From: Gammaproteobacteria bacterium
Lineage (GTDB): Bacteria; Pseudomonadota; Gammaproteobacteria; Arenicellales; JAJDZL01
Direction of reading: 5' to 3'
Assembly: GCA_022823405.1 (NCBI GenBank)
Contig: JAJDXD010000024.1
Location: 308 to 64,307 of the forward strand
DNA length: 64,000 bases
The position numbers and the translations under genes were made by a program. The notes below the pieces were generated by a model, which was not told the origin of the DNA, ran no database searches, and worked only from the letters and a program-made list of their open reading frames with translations. Shown piece by piece: positions 48,992 to 58,831 of this stretch (positions within the stretch are counted from its first letter, which is position 1; the number at the start of each line of letters is the position of its first letter).

Positions 48992-49960
48992 TTAGTTGGT
49001 ATCTCCCAGGATAGACTCCGTCCAGGGTTTCCAAACATCTTCGTTGTCAGCGAGCCATTTTACTGCTGCGTCCTGGTGGGTCATGCCATCGACATCAACC
49101 AAAGCAGCCATTGAGCCGATCTGAGGAGTCGTGAAGCTCAGCTTAGAAAATGCTGTATAAGCCTGGGGATGCGACCGTGGAAATCTGTAGTTTGCACCCT
49201 TTTTCAGCCAGCCTGTCGGTGAACCACAACCCGTTGAGGATAAGTCACCACCGTCGGCAATTCGGCAGCCATCATAGTATGGTGGAAATTCAATAAAGGT
49301 AAATCCGGCAGCATCCGTAAAATTGGGTGTCCAATTAAAAATGATGGTTCCGCGACCTTCTTTCTCGGCTGCTTTAAGTTCTGCCCAAAGTGCATCTGCC
49401 GCACCCGCGAACTTCACAACCCATTTATCATCCAGACCCAATCCCTTGACGCGATTCGGCATAACATCTCCGTGCCAACTCTGCGGACCCTCCAGCCAGC
49501 GGCCTTTGCCACCGGAATCCGGAGTCGCAAAATTCTCGTGACAATCCTTTAACGCTTCCCAACTTGGCAAACCAGGACAAAGTCCTTTTTCAATCACCCA
49601 GTTTGGTACACCCATTTCCTCAAGCGTTTCTGCTGCATGGGTACCTGCATCAATCAGACCACCTTTTTCCATCGCACTGTAGAAAGCATTCTGCATGGTC
49701 GATTGCCAAACTTCGTGGACGAGGGTCAGATCACCGGTTCGAACTGCTTCGAAGCTCGCCTGGTTATCGACCGGGACGTACTCGACGTTGTTTCCCATGC
49801 TTTCAAACATACCACCAATCACATGAGCCATCACAATCTGGCTGGACCAGTTCTTGATTGGAATTTTGATCGGTTCGCTGCTATCAGCGGCCATAGTTGT
49901 GCCTGAAAACAGGACGAAAGACACAGCTAGCAATATAGCTGTCATTGATTTTTTTCTCAT
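48992..49960 (-). CDS. Glycine betaine-type (OpuAC/ProX fold) periplasmic substrate-binding protein
   Basis: Signal peptide MRKKSMTAILLAVSFVLFSGTTMA. Trp-rich mature domain (NWSSQIV..., VWQST, WLEGPQSW). The ATG at 49958-49960 has AGGAG 6 nt upstream; the track TTG start is 49981. Confidence 0.82.
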   Translation of the reverse strand: MRKKSMTAILLAVSFVLFSGTTMAADSSEPIKIPIKNWSSQIVMAHVIGGMFESMGNNVEYVPVDNQASFEAVRTGDLTLVHEVWQSTMQNAFYSAMEKGGLIDAGTHAAETLEEMGVPNWVIEKGLCPGLPSWEALKDCHENFATPDSGGKGRWLEGPQSWHGDVMPNRVKGLGLDDKWVVKFAGAADALWAELKAAEKEGRGTIIFNWTPNFTDAAGFTFIEFPPYYDGCRIADGGDLSSTGCGSPTGWLKKGANYRFPRSHPQAYTAFSKLSFTTPQIGSMAALVDVDGMTHQDAAVKWLADNEDVWKPWTESILGDTN

Positions 49961-50062
49961 TTGCATCTCCTTATTTGGCAAATTTGGTTTCGAATAGAAT
50001 GCGGATTATACAAAATACCACTCTCACCCAATCCTAGTGTGTAGTGCCGATTTGGCAGACCA

Positions 50063-51112
50063 TCAATGCAGTTGAAGCATCGCTGAATACTTTGAACCTG
50101 GCAGTATTTTTAGCCAGTCATATCGGTCTCCAGACTTCACTACAATTTCCGTCAATCCTCCTGCTCTAACCACTGAAATCCGAACATCGACACCCGCAGG
50201 GCCGGAGGCCCAAACTTCTCGTAAAAATTCGGCCATGTCTGATACCGAATTACCATTGACTGCAACTATGATGTCATTAGGCCTGAGCCCTGCCGTTTCA
50301 GCAGGACCATCTGGTGCAATTCGATAGATGAACAGGTGTCCGCGATCAACTGCTGTAAAAACGCCTAGCCACGGTCTTGAATCTGCCGTGTCGCGTCCGT
50401 ACTGCAGCAGGTCATCATATATTGGCTTTAGCAGGTTAATCGGAACAAACATATTGCCTGGCGTCGGTCGTTCTCCGGTAACTGCATCATGCACGATCAA
50501 CGAGCCAACTCCAACCAGTTCACCCTGAGTATTGATCAGTGCAGCACCTCCGAATCCACTAAATGGTGGGGCGGTAAAGATAGCCCGGTCCAGAAGATAT
50601 TCCCAGTAACCTGGAAATTCTCTTCTGTCGACAACCTGAGCAACCTGCATGAAATCAGGACCGTAATTTGACAGGATCAGCGTCGGATCGCCAGGTGAAA
50701 GCGTAGATGAGTCTCCAAGGGGAATGCCCTTGATACCCAGTGGCTGCGTGGACCGCACCATTCCAAACCCACTGTGGTAATCGTAAGCTACCATCTCGGC
50801 GGGTACAAACTGCCCCTGACTGTCTGTTACCTGGATGTCGGACGCTTCCATGATGAGATAGCCAATTGTTAATATCAGTCCATCATCATCAATCACAATT
50901 CCATTACCCTCTCGCATCGTACCCAGAGAAAATGCAGTCCTAGCATCATCGGGAACTTCGGCACGTAGACCGACTACAGCGTTTAGAGTTTCTTCAACTT
51001 TGTCATTTGACTCCTGCGCTACAGAGACAGTGAAAGGAAAGAGGACAAAAAGTAGTATGAAAATTTTCCGTGCGAACAGGAAAGTTGTTGGCGACTGAAT
51101 TGTTCGATTCAT
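50063..51112 (-). CDS. S1C (DegP/DegS-like) trypsin-fold + PDZ protein with the catalytic triad apparently substituted (putative pseudo-protease)
   Basis: Signal peptide MNRTIQSPTTFLFARKIFILLFVLFPFTVSVAQE. GGAGG lies 5 nt upstream of the ATG at 51110-51112. Hand alignment to E. coli DegS: GYIITNKHVI ~ GLILTIGYLI (His to Tyr), TDLAVLKI ~ SGFGMVRS (Asp to Gly), GNSGGALVN ~ GFGGAALIN (Ser to Gly). The PDZ domain looks intact (IAPDGPAETAGLRPNDIIVAVNG). Confidence 0.75.
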   Translation of the reverse strand: MNRTIQSPTTFLFARKIFILLFVLFPFTVSVAQESNDKVEETLNAVVGLRAEVPDDARTAFSLGTMREGNGIVIDDDGLILTIGYLIMEASDIQVTDSQGQFVPAEMVAYDYHSGFGMVRSTQPLGIKGIPLGDSSTLSPGDPTLILSNYGPDFMQVAQVVDRREFPGYWEYLLDRAIFTAPPFSGFGGAALINTQGELVGVGSLIVHDAVTGERPTPGNMFVPINLLKPIYDDLLQYGRDTADSRPWLGVFTAVDRGHLFIYRIAPDGPAETAGLRPNDIIVAVNGNSVSDMAEFLREVWASGPAGVDVRISVVRAGGLTEIVVKSGDRYDWLKILPGSKYSAMLQLH

Positions 51113-51347
51113 ATCAACCTCCAGCGCAAATCTTGGTGCGCGATTCAATCGAATAGGCAGATTTGGGTTTATCTACCTTTTATTCAGGATTGTAACCGCA
51201 AAACTTCTGGCTGGGAGGATTTTGGTATCAGAATGACCCCAGATCTGGAAACGCCTGGTTATACCAGTCGGAGAGCAACCCTTCAGTTGTTGATTCTGTC
51301 CAATCAGACAGAACCTGTGAAACCATTAGTTTGCAGCAAACTTCAAG

Positions 51348-52103
51348 CTACAGGATTTGACTTAAGAATTCTTGAGTTCGAGGGTCTTTGGCCTCGGTGA
51401 AGAATGTAGCAGGCGGCCCATGTTCAACAATTACACCTCGGTCGGTAAAATAGATGTGATCAGCGATCTCTCGTGCAAATCCCATTTCATGGGTCACAAG
51501 TATGCAGGTCATCCCGCTTTGTGCGAGATCCTTGATCGCCAGCAATACTTCTTTCACTGTCTCAGGGTCGAGTGCAGCAGTGACTTCGTCAAACAGCATG
51601 ACTTTCGGGTTCATCGCAAGTGAACGGGCTATTGCGACCCGCTGCTGCTGACCACCAGATAACTCGCCGGGATAACTGTCTTCTTTTCCCTGTAAATTGA
51701 CCCTGGCCATCAACTGCCGGGCGTGCTTCTCGACCTCATCTCTTGGTCGTTTCAACACTTTTAGCGGTGCCATCATGACATTTTGCAGTGCAGTTTTGTG
51801 CGGGAACAGGTTGTACTGTTGGAAAACCATGCCAACCTTTTTTCGAAGTTCCAGTTTATCCAGACTCGGATCGTGAACTTCCTGACCTTCGACAAGGATG
51901 GATCCCGAGTTGATGGGGTTCAAGGCGTTGATACAGCGAATCAGCGTTGATTTGCCAGACCCTGACGGTCCAATGATGCAAATGACCTCGCCTTTCATCA
52001 CATCGAGCGACACACCTTTGAGAACTTCGAGATCACCAAATGCTTTGTGCAAGTCGCGAATCGAAACGATTGGCTGATCTGGGGTCCAGTTTTGGTTATT
52101 CAT
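51348..52103 (-). CDS. Polar amino-acid ABC transporter ATP-binding protein (GlnQ/HisP type)
   Basis: 251 aa. GPSGSGKST, LSGGQQQRVAIARSLA and MLFDEVTAALDPE. Confidence 0.92.
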   Translation of the reverse strand: MNNQNWTPDQPIVSIRDLHKAFGDLEVLKGVSLDVMKGEVICIIGPSGSGKSTLIRCINALNPINSGSILVEGQEVHDPSLDKLELRKKVGMVFQQYNLFPHKTALQNVMMAPLKVLKRPRDEVEKHARQLMARVNLQGKEDSYPGELSGGQQQRVAIARSLAMNPKVMLFDEVTAALDPETVKEVLLAIKDLAQSGMTCILVTHEMGFAREIADHIYFTDRGVIVEHGPPATFFTEAKDPRTQEFLSQIL

Positions 52104-52124
52104 ATCGAATCACCGAGTATCAGT

Positions 52125-53036
52125 TTAAGTCTTGATTGCAAATTTTTGTTCAAGACGAACAGTCCATTTGGCAATGGGATAACAATATAGAAAAAATATC
52201 ACCAATGCAAATCCGAAAAACGGCATCAGTAGCTCAGGATGGTTATCCTCAGCTTCCATTGCCTGTCTTGACAGCGTTACCAGTTCTTCAACACCCAGTA
52301 GTGACACAAGCGGAGTTGCCATCGTCAGAATGGCATACCAATTCATCCATGGTGGGATCATGCGCTTGAAGCACTGAGGCAGGATAATTTGCCACAAAGT
52401 CTGGCGACGCGCAAATGCCAATGACTCCGCTGCTTCCCATTGCCCTGTCGGAACAGACTGGATGCCCCCTCGAACAATTTCAGAAATGTTCGCCATAATC
52501 GGCAAAGACAGTCCAAAGACCGCTTTGATCCAGTCCGGAATCAGAATTATTTGACCTGCGAATTCAATCTCGAACGGAAAGGCCAGCATCACAATAAACA
52601 ACAAGACTAGCCACGGAGAATTACGAAAAAGCTGCGTAACAAACCAGCAGATTTTTGACAACGGTCGAAACGGCGAGACTTGACCCAGGCCTACCAGAAT
52701 GCCGGCAATAGTTCCGATCAGCATCGTAAAAAAGCTGATCAGAATATTTAACGCAAACCCATGTGAAACCAAAAATGGCAGCCAGCGCCACAAGGCCTCA
52801 AACGCATCGGTCGTTGAATAGCCACCCTGTGCAAACACCACGAAAGGCCAAACTAACGGAATCAGTACGACTGTCAGTACGGCTTTCGGACTCAGCCCTT
52901 CTAACCAGCGGCTGAATTTCAAATCCGACGCATGTCCAGAAATGGCGACCCGGAAGGGCTTCAAAACCGGCAGATCTGTACTCGGAGTCGGATGACCGAG
53001 ATTGATTCCAGGAATTGGTCGAATACGAGATCTCAT
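52125..53036 (-). CDS. Amino-acid ABC transporter permease (HisM/GlnP type) with extended N-terminus
   Basis: Contains the His/Glu/Gln/Arg/opine-family permease core. The start is set at MRSRIRP (ATG 53034-53036), which overlaps the upstream stop by 4 nt; the track start is 53072. Confidence 0.82.
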   Translation of the reverse strand: MRSRIRPIPGINLGHPTPSTDLPVLKPFRVAISGHASDLKFSRWLEGLSPKAVLTVVLIPLVWPFVVFAQGGYSTTDAFEALWRWLPFLVSHGFALNILISFFTMLIGTIAGILVGLGQVSPFRPLSKICWFVTQLFRNSPWLVLLFIVMLAFPFEIEFAGQIILIPDWIKAVFGLSLPIMANISEIVRGGIQSVPTGQWEAAESLAFARRQTLWQIILPQCFKRMIPPWMNWYAILTMATPLVSLLGVEELVTLSRQAMEAEDNHPELLMPFFGFALVIFFLYCYPIAKWTVRLEQKFAIKT

Positions 53037-53785
53037 TGTCCGTACCCCGGAATTTTTGCAGAACGCTCCCAAGCATTCATTCCCATCACGAGCACACCAA
53101 CTAGCACGATGTAAACAATGAACAACACCACCATGCAGGCATTCTGCGCAGTTGAGTAGTCATTGTAGATACTCACCATCTGATAAAGCAGTTCCGGTAC
53201 TGCGATTGCCAGCGCCTGTGTCGTCGTTTTCACAAGATTGACCAGGTTATTGTTCAGTGCCGGCAGGCTGACTCGAAACGCCAGTGGAAATACAACGTAG
53301 ATGAACGTCTGGAGCCGACTCATCCCCAATGATTCAGACGCTTCTTTAGTGGAATCCGGTACTGCTTCAATTCCGGCCCTGAAAATCTCAACGTTAAAGG
53401 ACGCGGCGAAAAACGAAAGGGAAATAATCGCCCAACCCACATTGGAAATAATGGGAATCTCCAACCAGCCGTCTGGCGAATAGGTGGGCGTGAACTGGCC
53501 CAGAGCAAAGTAGAAAAACAGCAGCTGAATCAGCGGCGGTGTGTTTCGAAAGAACTGAATGTAACCCTGAACGATGGCCCGAATGAGGCGAGACTGAGCA
53601 CCTTGCAACCACGCTCCGATGAGTCCTATGATCACACTCAGGATGACGCATGTAACCGAAAGTTGAATCGTCGTCCACAACCCGGTCAATACTCGGTCAG
53701 TTTGGACCGGATCGTAGAAAAAAATGAAATTCCAGCGTGGATGGTCCGCCGAAACATCATAAAAAAACTGCTGAAACGCATTCAT
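53033..53785 (-). CDS. Amino-acid ABC transporter permease (HisQ/GlnP type)
   Basis: 250 aa with 5-6 TM helices and the loop FRAGIEAVPDSTKEASESLGMSRLQTF. Confidence 0.88.
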   Translation of the reverse strand: MNAFQQFFYDVSADHPRWNFIFFYDPVQTDRVLTGLWTTIQLSVTCVILSVIIGLIGAWLQGAQSRLIRAIVQGYIQFFRNTPPLIQLLFFYFALGQFTPTYSPDGWLEIPIISNVGWAIISLSFFAASFNVEIFRAGIEAVPDSTKEASESLGMSRLQTFIYVVFPLAFRVSLPALNNNLVNLVKTTTQALAIAVPELLYQMVSIYNDYSTAQNACMVVLFIVYIVLVGVLVMGMNAWERSAKIPGYGQ

Positions 53786-53826
53786 AGCTGCTCAATCAAG
53801 CATTCTACGTGCAGATTAGACAAACA

Positions 53827-53857
53827 AACCGGGGCAGTTAGAAACACTACCCCGGTT
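53827..53857 (-). promoter_or_regulatory. 8-bp GC-rich stem-loop (AACCGGGG-n15-CCCCGGTT) between the SBP and permease genes
   Basis: Read directly from the sequence. It lies about 18 nt downstream of the SBP stop and is followed on the minus strand by TGTTTGT. Confidence 0.45.
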
Positions 53858-53874
53858 CATTGATGTGTGTCAGA

Positions 53875-54720
53875 TTATTCCTGAATCCAGTCTGCGTACT
53901 GGGCGCTTTTGTCTTTCAGGTATTGTGTCGCTTGAATGCCCCACTTCGCTTCCAGTTCAATCAACTTTCCGGATTGGTGCCAGTTGTAAGTCATACCAGA
54001 CATGAAGTTTCCGAAGACGCAATCCTTCTCAGCCAAAGGCACTGCCAATCCCCACGGATTATCATCTTCGCTGGCCAATGGCATTTCAAATTCATCCCAG
54101 TTGCCAGAGGAAAGGTCTGACATGATTGAGGAGTCATCATAAACCCAAGCGATGCACTTCTTGTCACGAAGGGCCTGTTTCGCTTCCGCATTACCAGTGA
54201 AGGCAACGATATCGGCACCATAACGCTCATTGACAATTTTGTTGTAGAACGCACCCTGCTTACCACATACGGGTTTACCTCTCAAGTCTTCCCAGTTTGA
54301 AAGCGACAAAGCTCTCGGTGACAGAACATTGGTACCTGATGTGTAATAGTTAGGCTGGGTAATGCCAACAATTTTGCGTCGATCAGGTCGATCAGACATC
54401 GTGGCAATCATCATGTCGATTTTGCCCTGCTCAAGAAACTGCATACGATTGGAGGACTGCACTGCCACGGTTTCGAGTTCGACACCCATCGCATCAGCGA
54501 CCAACTGCGCCATATCGACTTCCATGCCAACGATGTTTCCGCTTTCATCACGATATCCCCAAGGTTTATAGTCAGCCTTGACTCCCACTACCAATTTGCC
54601 GCGGCTCATGACCTTGTTCCAGACTTCATTGGTACACTGTGCGGCACTAACCGAAACAGAGCCAAACATCAGGATTGAAGCAGCACCTGCAAGCATCAGT
54701 TTTTTACTCAAATTTTTCAT
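53875..54720 (-). CDS. Polar amino-acid ABC transporter substrate-binding protein (family 3 SBP)
   Basis: 281 aa. Signal peptide MKNLSKKLMLAGAASILMFGSVSVSAA, then GKLVVGVKADYKPWGYRDESGNIVGMEVD. Confidence 0.88.
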   Translation of the reverse strand: MKNLSKKLMLAGAASILMFGSVSVSAAQCTNEVWNKVMSRGKLVVGVKADYKPWGYRDESGNIVGMEVDMAQLVADAMGVELETVAVQSSNRMQFLEQGKIDMMIATMSDRPDRRKIVGITQPNYYTSGTNVLSPRALSLSNWEDLRGKPVCGKQGAFYNKIVNERYGADIVAFTGNAEAKQALRDKKCIAWVYDDSSIMSDLSSGNWDEFEMPLASEDDNPWGLAVPLAEKDCVFGNFMSGMTYNWHQSGKLIELEAKWGIQATQYLKDKSAQYADWIQE

Positions 54721-54885
54721 TCCCCTATCTCCAATTTAATTCTCGAATTTGTGCACTTGAATCAAGTTCACAATGGCGTGAAAATAATGTGCACAATGAT
54801 GTGAAGAACTTTTGAATATAAATGAATGAGAGTTGCGTGTCAATGCAACTTTGGCGAAATTGAGTGACCCCTGAGGCTTTCGAAA

Positions 54886-54924
54886 CCTGAAATTTCAGGG
54901 AAATTCATCCCATAGAGAGGGATG
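54886..54924 (-). terminator. Two short hairpins downstream of sigma paralogue A (CATCCC-n7-GGGATG, then palindrome CCTGAAATTTCAGG); weak terminator candidate
   Basis: Read directly from the sequence. The first hairpin begins 14 nt after the stop at 54939. There is no strong U-tract. Confidence 0.3.
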
Positions 54925-54938
54925 TAGTATTTTGAAAT

Positions 54939-56744
54939 TTACTGCGCGTGAATGTAGGGATGAAGGTTGACCGCTCGCGATGGGTGACGCAGCTTTCGAA
55001 GTCCACTCTTTTCGATCTGTCGAACGCGTTCGCGAGTTACACCGAACTGCTGGCCGACCTCTTCAAGCGTGTAGTCGGTCGGCATTCCAATGCCATATCG
55101 CATTCTCAAGACAACCGCCTCCCGATCGGACAGTGAATTCAGCATGGCTTCTACAGCAGACTGCAGTCCCGATTTGATCGCGTCTTCCAGTGGGTTGGTT
55201 GCAGATTTATCTTCAATAATATCAAGCAGGCTTGAGTCTTCATCTTCACCAGTTGGCGCTTCCATAGATAAAGGCTCCTTAGGAATATTCAAAACCTTGT
55301 GAACTTTCTCTTCGGTAACTTCCATTTTTTCAGCCAGTTCGTCTACCGTCGCTTCGCGGCTTTCTTCCTGCCTAATTTCTCGCTGAATCCGATTCAGTGC
55401 GCTCAATGTCTGAATCATGTGAACCGGTACCCGAATCGTACGGGATTGGTCTCCGCAAGCCCGCGTAATCGCCTGGCGAATCCACCATGTAGCGTAGGTT
55501 GAAAACTTAAATCCCAATTCGTGCTCGTATTTATCAACGGCTTTCATCAAGCCGATGTTGCCTTCCTGAATCAAATCTTGAAGATCGAGTCCACGATTGT
55601 TGTACTTCTTGGCAATCGACACCACCAACCTTAGATTGGCCTCAATCATTTCGCCTTTGGCTTTGTTAGCCTGATACTCGGCGCTACGCACCTGCGGGTA
55701 TACCTGCTTGAAATGATCCAGTGACATTCCAAGCCGTTTCTCGAAACGAATAATCTGCTCGCGTGCTTCCAGGATGTCGGTCCGATAGCGCTCAACTGCT
55801 TCCGCCTGCTCTTCTGTAGACACATTTTTCAGCAAAGCAATCAAATTTCTGTGCGTTGCGGAATGTGTGACAATCTCCTGAAACTGACGGCGTTCGATAC
55901 GCGCTTTGTGGAGTAAAACTCTTTCTAGATTCCTGTATCTCTCTTTGCGCTCCCCATCCATCACATGCATCAGATCAAACATCAAGTCATAATGCCTGCG
56001 ACCAAACACAAATCGATTGAATTTATTCTTCAGGACTACGCGGTGATCATTGGCCTTTTTGCTGTTTATATCTTCCTCTCGAATTCTTGCACTTAGCCAC
56101 TTGATTCGCTGTTCAATTCGATTGAATTCCTGGCATACGGTGGAAAGAACTTCATTAGTGCCATCCAGATTCTCCGGTTTTACTTTAACGCTCTTGGCAT
56201 CAATGTATTCTCTATCCATACCAATACCGGTACAAAGTTCTGTAAAACGTAAGCGTTTAGACAGTACCAGCTCAAATCTTTCGAGCAACTGACGTATGAT
56301 GAAAGGGCACTCTGAGAGTGCTTCCTGAGCTTGATTGAGACCGGCTTCAATCTGTTTGGCCAGTTCAATTTCCTGAGCGCGGGTTAAAAGATCAATCTGA
56401 CCCATCTCCCGCATGTACATTCGAATCGGATCGGTTGTACTGCCAAAATCGCTCTTGAGAACTTCTTCCGCTTCCTCAGCTACATCCTCTTCGTCAACAA
56501 CGTCATCGGCCTGCATGATCAGACTGTCCGGATGTGGTGCTTCATCACAAACTTCAATATCAAGGCTGGTCAACAGATCGATGGTACGTACAATATCGTT
56601 GGTACCACTCATCGAATCCGGAAGGATGTCCGTAATTTCTTCGTAGGTCAGATAGCCTGTACGTTTACCCTTGAATATCAGGCTTCTTAACCAACTTTTG
56701 TCTTCTACTACCTTGGTGGTGCCTTCCAACTTTCTGTACCCCAA
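54939..56744 (-). CDS. RpoD-like (group 1 architecture) sigma-70 factor, paralogue A (the more divergent copy)
   Basis: 601 aa. Region 1.1 ([15 protein letters not shown]), 1.2 ([12 protein letters not shown]), a gamma-type non-conserved insert, region 2 ([33 protein letters not shown]), region 3, and 4.2 ([21 protein letters not shown]). There is no in-frame ATG near the 5' end, so the apparent start is a TTG. Confidence 0.9.
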   Translation of the reverse strand: MGYRKLEGTTKVVEDKSWLRSLIFKGKRTGYLTYEEITDILPDSMSGTNDIVRTIDLLTSLDIEVCDEAPHPDSLIMQADDVVDEEDVAEEAEEVLKSDFGSTTDPIRMYMREMGQIDLLTRAQEIELAKQIEAGLNQAQEALSECPFIIRQLLERFELVLSKRLRFTELCTGIGMDREYIDAKSVKVKPENLDGTNEVLSTVCQEFNRIEQRIKWLSARIREEDINSKKANDHRVVLKNKFNRFVFGRRHYDLMFDLMHVMDGERKERYRNLERVLLHKARIERRQFQEIVTHSATHRNLIALLKNVSTEEQAEAVERYRTDILEAREQIIRFEKRLGMSLDHFKQVYPQVRSAEYQANKAKGEMIEANLRLVVSIAKKYNNRGLDLQDLIQEGNIGLMKAVDKYEHELGFKFSTYATWWIRQAITRACGDQSRTIRVPVHMIQTLSALNRIQREIRQEESREATVDELAEKMEVTEEKVHKVLNIPKEPLSMEAPTGEDEDSSLLDIIEDKSATNPLEDAIKSGLQSAVEAMLNSLSDREAVVLRMRYGIGMPTDYTLEEVGQQFGVTRERVRQIEKSGLRKLRHPSRAVNLHPYIHAQ

Positions 56745-57061
56745 CTATTCCATCTCAATAAATGGTTAATTTTCTATTGACTACGTTTGTGAATTCGCAA
56801 TCTATATATAAACAACGACCAAACGAAATCTCGCTTGGTCACGCATGTATTTGTTGTTTACGATTTAAGTTACACAACCGTGTATTAGATAACAACTGAT
56901 GGTCAAATTTCAAGCCCTATACAACATCTTTTGCATTGAGTGAGTATTTTTTGACCATCAAAACGCACGAGGTAAGGCGTATCAAACCGGTTTACAGCGT
57001 TTGAAATTGTTTTTGGCTGACTGTGTGTTTCGTAATTTTGATTCCGAATGATGCTCGGGTT

Positions 57062-58831
57062 TTAGTTATCCAAATACGGTTTAAGTTGATTCGATCGCGA
57101 CGGATGGCGGAGTTTTCGAATCGCTTTTGCTTCAATCTGTCGAATACGCTCACGAGTTACTTCAAACTGCTGACTGACCTCTTCCAATGTGTGGTCTGTT
57201 CGCGAGTCGATTCCAAATCGCATTCTCAAAACCTTTGACTCACGCTCGGTCAGAGAACTCAATGCTGCATCAATGGCAGATTTCATTCCCGTATCCGCTA
57301 CCTGATCATCCGGAGACTGAACGGCTTTGTCCTCAATGAAGTCTCCGACCTGAGATTCTTCGTCCTCCCCGGTAGGTGCTTCCATCGACAGCGGTTCTTT
57401 GGGAATCATCAGCACCTTTCTGATCTTATCCTCGCTGAGTTCCATCCGCTTTGCGAGTTCCTTAACTGTCGCCTCGCTCCCTTCCTCCTGCCGAATTTCT
57501 CGTTGAATTCGAGTTAGTGTGCTCAGTGTCTGCGTCATGTGCACCGGCACTCGAATCGTTCGCGACTGGTCCGCGCACGCTCGGGTTATCGCCTGGCGAA
57601 CCCACCATGTTGCATAGGTTGAAAACTTGAAACCACGCTCGTACTCAAATTTATCAACCGCTTTCATCAATCCGATATTACCTTCCTGAATCAGGTCCTG
57701 GAATCCCAATCCGCGGTTGCTGTACTTTTTCGCAATTGAAACAACCAAGCGAAGATTGGCTTCAACCATTTCTTTCTTCGCCTGATTTGCTCGGGTTTCA
57801 CCAATCGTAATCTCCTGGCATGCCGCCTTGAACTCGTGAAGTGGCATCACCAGACGATTCTGCAGATAACTCAATCGCTTTCGGGCTTCGGCGAATTCTT
57901 CCCGACAGGCATCAATTTGAACAGCCTGATCGTCGGTCGCGTAGTTTTTTAACAGAAACATCAAATTCCGATGAAGTGGCTGATGTTCCAGCAGTGGCAA
58001 AACCTCGGATTTAGGCAACTTGATTTTCTTAAGGCAGATCTGCTCCAGCGCTTTGCTCCGCACTCGACGCTGCGCATTCATTTCGTGAATGAATTTGAAA
58101 ATATCATCGAGCTGCTGGCGGGTAAAGGAGAATTCCAAAAACTTTTTCTGCAATACCTTTTTGTGTCGAATGACTTTGGGACTGTCAATGCCTTCCTTAC
58201 GAACTGCGCGTCTCAACCAATCGTAGCGCTGTCGGATTGCCTGAAATTCATTGAGGAATAGAGCGACGCTTTTATTTGAATCAGTGGTCGAACTGTCTGA
58301 TCTCTTTATGGTAGAGGCGGCAACGAAGTTCGACTTTTTCCTGATTCCAATACACAAGTCATTGAAACGGATTTGACCTGCTTCCACTGAATCAAATTGT
58401 TGAATCAGGTACTCAAAAACAACAGGACAATTGGAAATTGCGAGAGTTGCTTTTTTCAAACCATTCTGAATTTTCCTGGCCAGTTCAATTTCCTTACTCC
58501 GAGTCAACAGCGCATATTCGCCCATTTCACGCATATACATGCGTATGGGATCGGTCGTGCTGCCCAACTCGCTCTTGAGTGCACTGTCGACTTCGGTGGC
58601 AGGACGGTCGTCGAGTTCACGCGGACCTAAGGCAAAGTCTTCGGGATTGAGGATTTCATCGTACACCTCGATATCCAAATCAAGGAGCAGACTAATAATG
58701 TTTTCGACACTGTCGGCATCATTCATTGAGTCAGAAAGATGGTCTCTGACATCTTCAAATGTAAGAAAGCCCTGCTTCTTCCCTTTATTAATAAGCCGCC
58801 GCAGGTCAGTGGCACTCGTTCCGTAATCCAA
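57062..58831 (-). CDS. RpoD-like (group 1 architecture) sigma-70 factor, paralogue B (closer to canonical RpoD)
   Basis: 589 aa. Region 1.1 ([16 protein letters not shown]), 1.2 ([12 protein letters not shown]), an insert resembling E. coli sigma70_ner, [15 protein letters not shown], and [22 protein letters not shown]. The apparent TTG start has GGAG 6 nt upstream. Confidence 0.9.
   Translation of the reverse strand: MDYGTSATDLRRLINKGKKQGFLTFEDVRDHLSDSMNDADSVENIISLLLDLDIEVYDEILNPEDFALGPRELDDRPATEVDSALKSELGSTTDPIRMYMREMGEYALLTRSKEIELARKIQNGLKKATLAISNCPVVFEYLIQQFDSVEAGQIRFNDLCIGIRKKSNFVAASTIKRSDSSTTDSNKSVALFLNEFQAIRQRYDWLRRAVRKEGIDSPKVIRHKKVLQKKFLEFSFTRQQLDDIFKFIHEMNAQRRVRSKALEQICLKKIKLPKSEVLPLLEHQPLHRNLMFLLKNYATDDQAVQIDACREEFAEARKRLSYLQNRLVMPLHEFKAACQEITIGETRANQAKKEMVEANLRLVVSIAKKYSNRGLGFQDLIQEGNIGLMKAVDKFEYERGFKFSTYATWWVRQAITRACADQSRTIRVPVHMTQTLSTLTRIQREIRQEEGSEATVKELAKRMELSEDKIRKVLMIPKEPLSMEAPTGEDEESQVGDFIEDKAVQSPDDQVADTGMKSAIDAALSSLTERESKVLRMRFGIDSRTDHTLEEVSQQFEVTRERIRQIEAKAIRKLRHPSRSNQLKPYLDN

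Noticed and set aside
51233-51400. 55-codon plus-strand ORF (MTPDLETPGYTSRR...) in the spacer upstream of the pseudo-protease gene.
   Set aside because: The GGGAGG is too far (about 15 nt) from the ATG. The ORF runs antisense into the ABC ATPase gene and has no recognisable features.
56897-56960. 11-bp inverted repeat TGATGGTCAAA ... TTTGACCATCA between the two sigma genes, considered as the terminator of paralogue B.
   Set aside because: The 42-nt loop and the lack of a U-tract make an intrinsic terminator unlikely. It could still be a protein-binding dyad, but I have no support for that.
54939-58831. Assigning the gene symbol rpoD to one of the two sigma genes.
   Set aside because: Both deviate from canonical RpoD at conserved positions, neither sits next to dnaG, and the rest of the genome is not visible. 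Calling either one the housekeeping sigma would be a guess.
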